Assembly: GCA_002189035.1 (NCBI GenBank) | Contig: NEEC01000078.1 | Span: forward strand, 1-37,215 | DNA: 37,215 nucleotides | Origin: Utricularia gibba | Lineage: Eukaryota; Plantae; Magnoliophyta | Direction of reading: 5' to 3' | Translations under genes and position numbers: made by a program | Part shown: piece after piece, positions 35,501 through 37,215 of the stretch | Layout of the letters: the number at the start of each line of letters is the position of its first letter | Numbering within the stretch: the first letter of the stretch is position 1 | The notes under the pieces: generated by a model | The model's database searches: none | Seen by the model: only the letters and a program-made list of their open reading frames with translations | What the model was told of the DNA's origin: nothing

Positions 35501-36035
35501 CCGCTTTGCGAGCGCCTCTGCCGCCGGGATTTGCTTGGACACTCATTCACCTTTTCGGGTAATATTCTAAGCTTTGTTTTGCTGGTCGCTATGCGGCTTG
35601 ATCTCTTGGCGGTAGTTTGATTTGCTTTAGGTGATACATGATTCATTATTGTTGTGTTTTTTGAGTATGGCAATGCTAGTGGTGAGCAAATCGGTTTATG
35701 GTTACTTTTGATAGATGGGTATCCGGATGCGTGATCTTCAGTGCATTTCTTGTTTGGCATGATTTCAGCGAGCGTTCGCCTGATAGAGAGATTCAGTGGA
35801 TCCTGTTTAGTTTGCTCTCACGGTTCACATCATTCCTGTAATTTACGGTTGATTTCGTGGTGAATCACGTCGCTTAATTTTGATATTTGGGCATCCTTTT
35901 ATTCTTTTTTCTTATGTTTAGATCGGGGACTCGAAACTTATGTTAGAAAATTGGCTACAAAGTGTTATTGCTATGATATTTGTGCAAATTGTCGTTTGTT
36001 TTTGCCTTGGATAATGCTGACTTTTGTGTCATCAG

Positions 36036-37204
36036 ATGGCTGAGGTCGTAGCAGGTAGTGTCATAGTTCCGGAGTCCGTTTTGAAGAAGCAGAAGAGGGC
36101 CGAAGAATGGGCCCTTGCTAATGCAAAAGCGCTAGAAAATGCAAAGAAAAAGAGAGCCGTGACAAGGAAGTTGATCGTTAAAAAAGCTAAGCAGTACGCT
36201 GAGGAATATGAGAAAAAGGTCTTCTTACATTTCTGCTCTTTTCAAGAAATACGAGCTTTCACATTCTTCTCGAATTGTATGAGCCTTTTGGAAGGATGTA
36301 AAACATCTGTTTTGTCTTGAAGGAGAGAGAGTTGATTGAGCTAAAACGTGAGGCTAGGTTAAAGGGTGGATTTTATGTCAGTCCAGAAGCCAAGCTCGTA
36401 TTCATTATCAGAATCCGTGGGTAAGGCTTGAGGCTTCCCTGAGATTTACGATCTCTGCTTGAAATCTGGGAGGATGTAGCTGATATTTTATTCATCAATA
36501 TTTAGTATTAATGCTATGCACCCAAGAACCAAAAAGATTTTGCAGCTTCTAAGACTGCGACAGGTACATCTTACTCCTGTGAAGGAATGCTCATGTCTAG
36601 ATTCCGTGCCTCACGCAGTCATTCTGTATTTGTATCGTTTAGATCTTCAATGGTGTTTTCCTGAAAGTCAACAAGGCTACGATGAATATGCTGCACAAGG
36701 TCGAGCCTTATGTAACCTATGGGTAAGCACCTATTCATTTTTCATTCCAGGTGCATAGGGAATAAAGCTCCCGAGTTTCTAAGAAACATTTTTCCCATTC
36801 AACAGGTACCCAAATCTGAAGAGTGTCAAGGAGCTGATCTACAAGCGAGGCTATGGAAAAGTAAACAAGCAGAGGATCGCCTTGACAGATAACTCCATCA
36901 TCGAACAGGTTCAGCATTTGGCACAGTAATCAATCACCCAAGAATTCCAGATGCACTCATGTTTAAACTGTTGGTGCAATATCATGTTAGGTGCTTGGAA
37001 GTATGGAATTATATGCATGGAGGACCTGGTACACGAAATCGTTACCGTGGGTCCCAGCTTCAAGGCAGCGAACAACTTCTTGTGGCCTTTCCAGCTCAAA
37101 GCTCCTTTGGGCGGCTTGAAGAAGAAGAGGAATCACTATGTAGAAGGTGGTGACGCCGGCAATCGCGAAGATTACATCAATGAGCTCATCAGAGAATGAA
37201 CTAG
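36036..37204 (+). CDS. RPL7: 60S ribosomal protein L7 (uL30), with two apparent 1-nt deletions in the last exon
   Basis: Exons 36036-36218, 36323-36420, 36506-36563, 36643-36722, 36806-36908 and 36991-37204. Reads [85 protein letters not shown]. Restored length is 245 aa. The ATG directly follows a 5'UTR intron acceptor. Confidence 0.95.
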
Positions 37205-37215
37205 GTGAGATACTT

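Noticed and set aside
35559-36035. Intronic snoRNA in the RPL7 5'UTR intron
   Set aside because: No properly spaced C and D boxes or rRNA-antisense element found by eye. H/ACA types cannot be excluded.
36909-36990. Alternative acceptor at 36950 rescuing the RPL7 frame
   Set aside because: It needs a 42-nt intron, inserts 14 non-conserved residues, and does not fix the second lesion.

Overview
AT-rich flowering-plant (eudicot-like) nuclear DNA with compact gene islands (most introns about 70-100 nt) separated by decayed transposons. Five protein genes were reconstructed by hand: an intronless WD40/JINGUBANG-like gene (-), RER1 (-), the 26S proteasome ATPase RPT4 (-), the PHD-homeodomain gene PRH (+) and ribosomal protein L7 (+). 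RPT4 and PRH are intact. The WD40 gene, RER1 and RPL7 together carry four apparent single-base deletions at short G/A runs, most simply read as consensus errors. A cluster of three box C/D snoRNAs (-, 4.6-5.05 kb) is invisible to the ORF track. The intergenic DNA holds a hAT MITE with a perfect TSD, a Tourist/PIF-type element pair, PIF/Harbinger coding remnants, at least five Athila-like LTR pieces and two MULE transposase pseudogenes. The main structural surprise is mirror symmetry: PRH sits between about 3.4-kb diverged inverted MULE arms, with inverted LTR copies further out, and the snoRNA+WD40 island sits between an inverted PIF-type pair. I found no evidence of a wholly new biological system. 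All alignments and family names come from reading by eye and recall and need computational confirmation.
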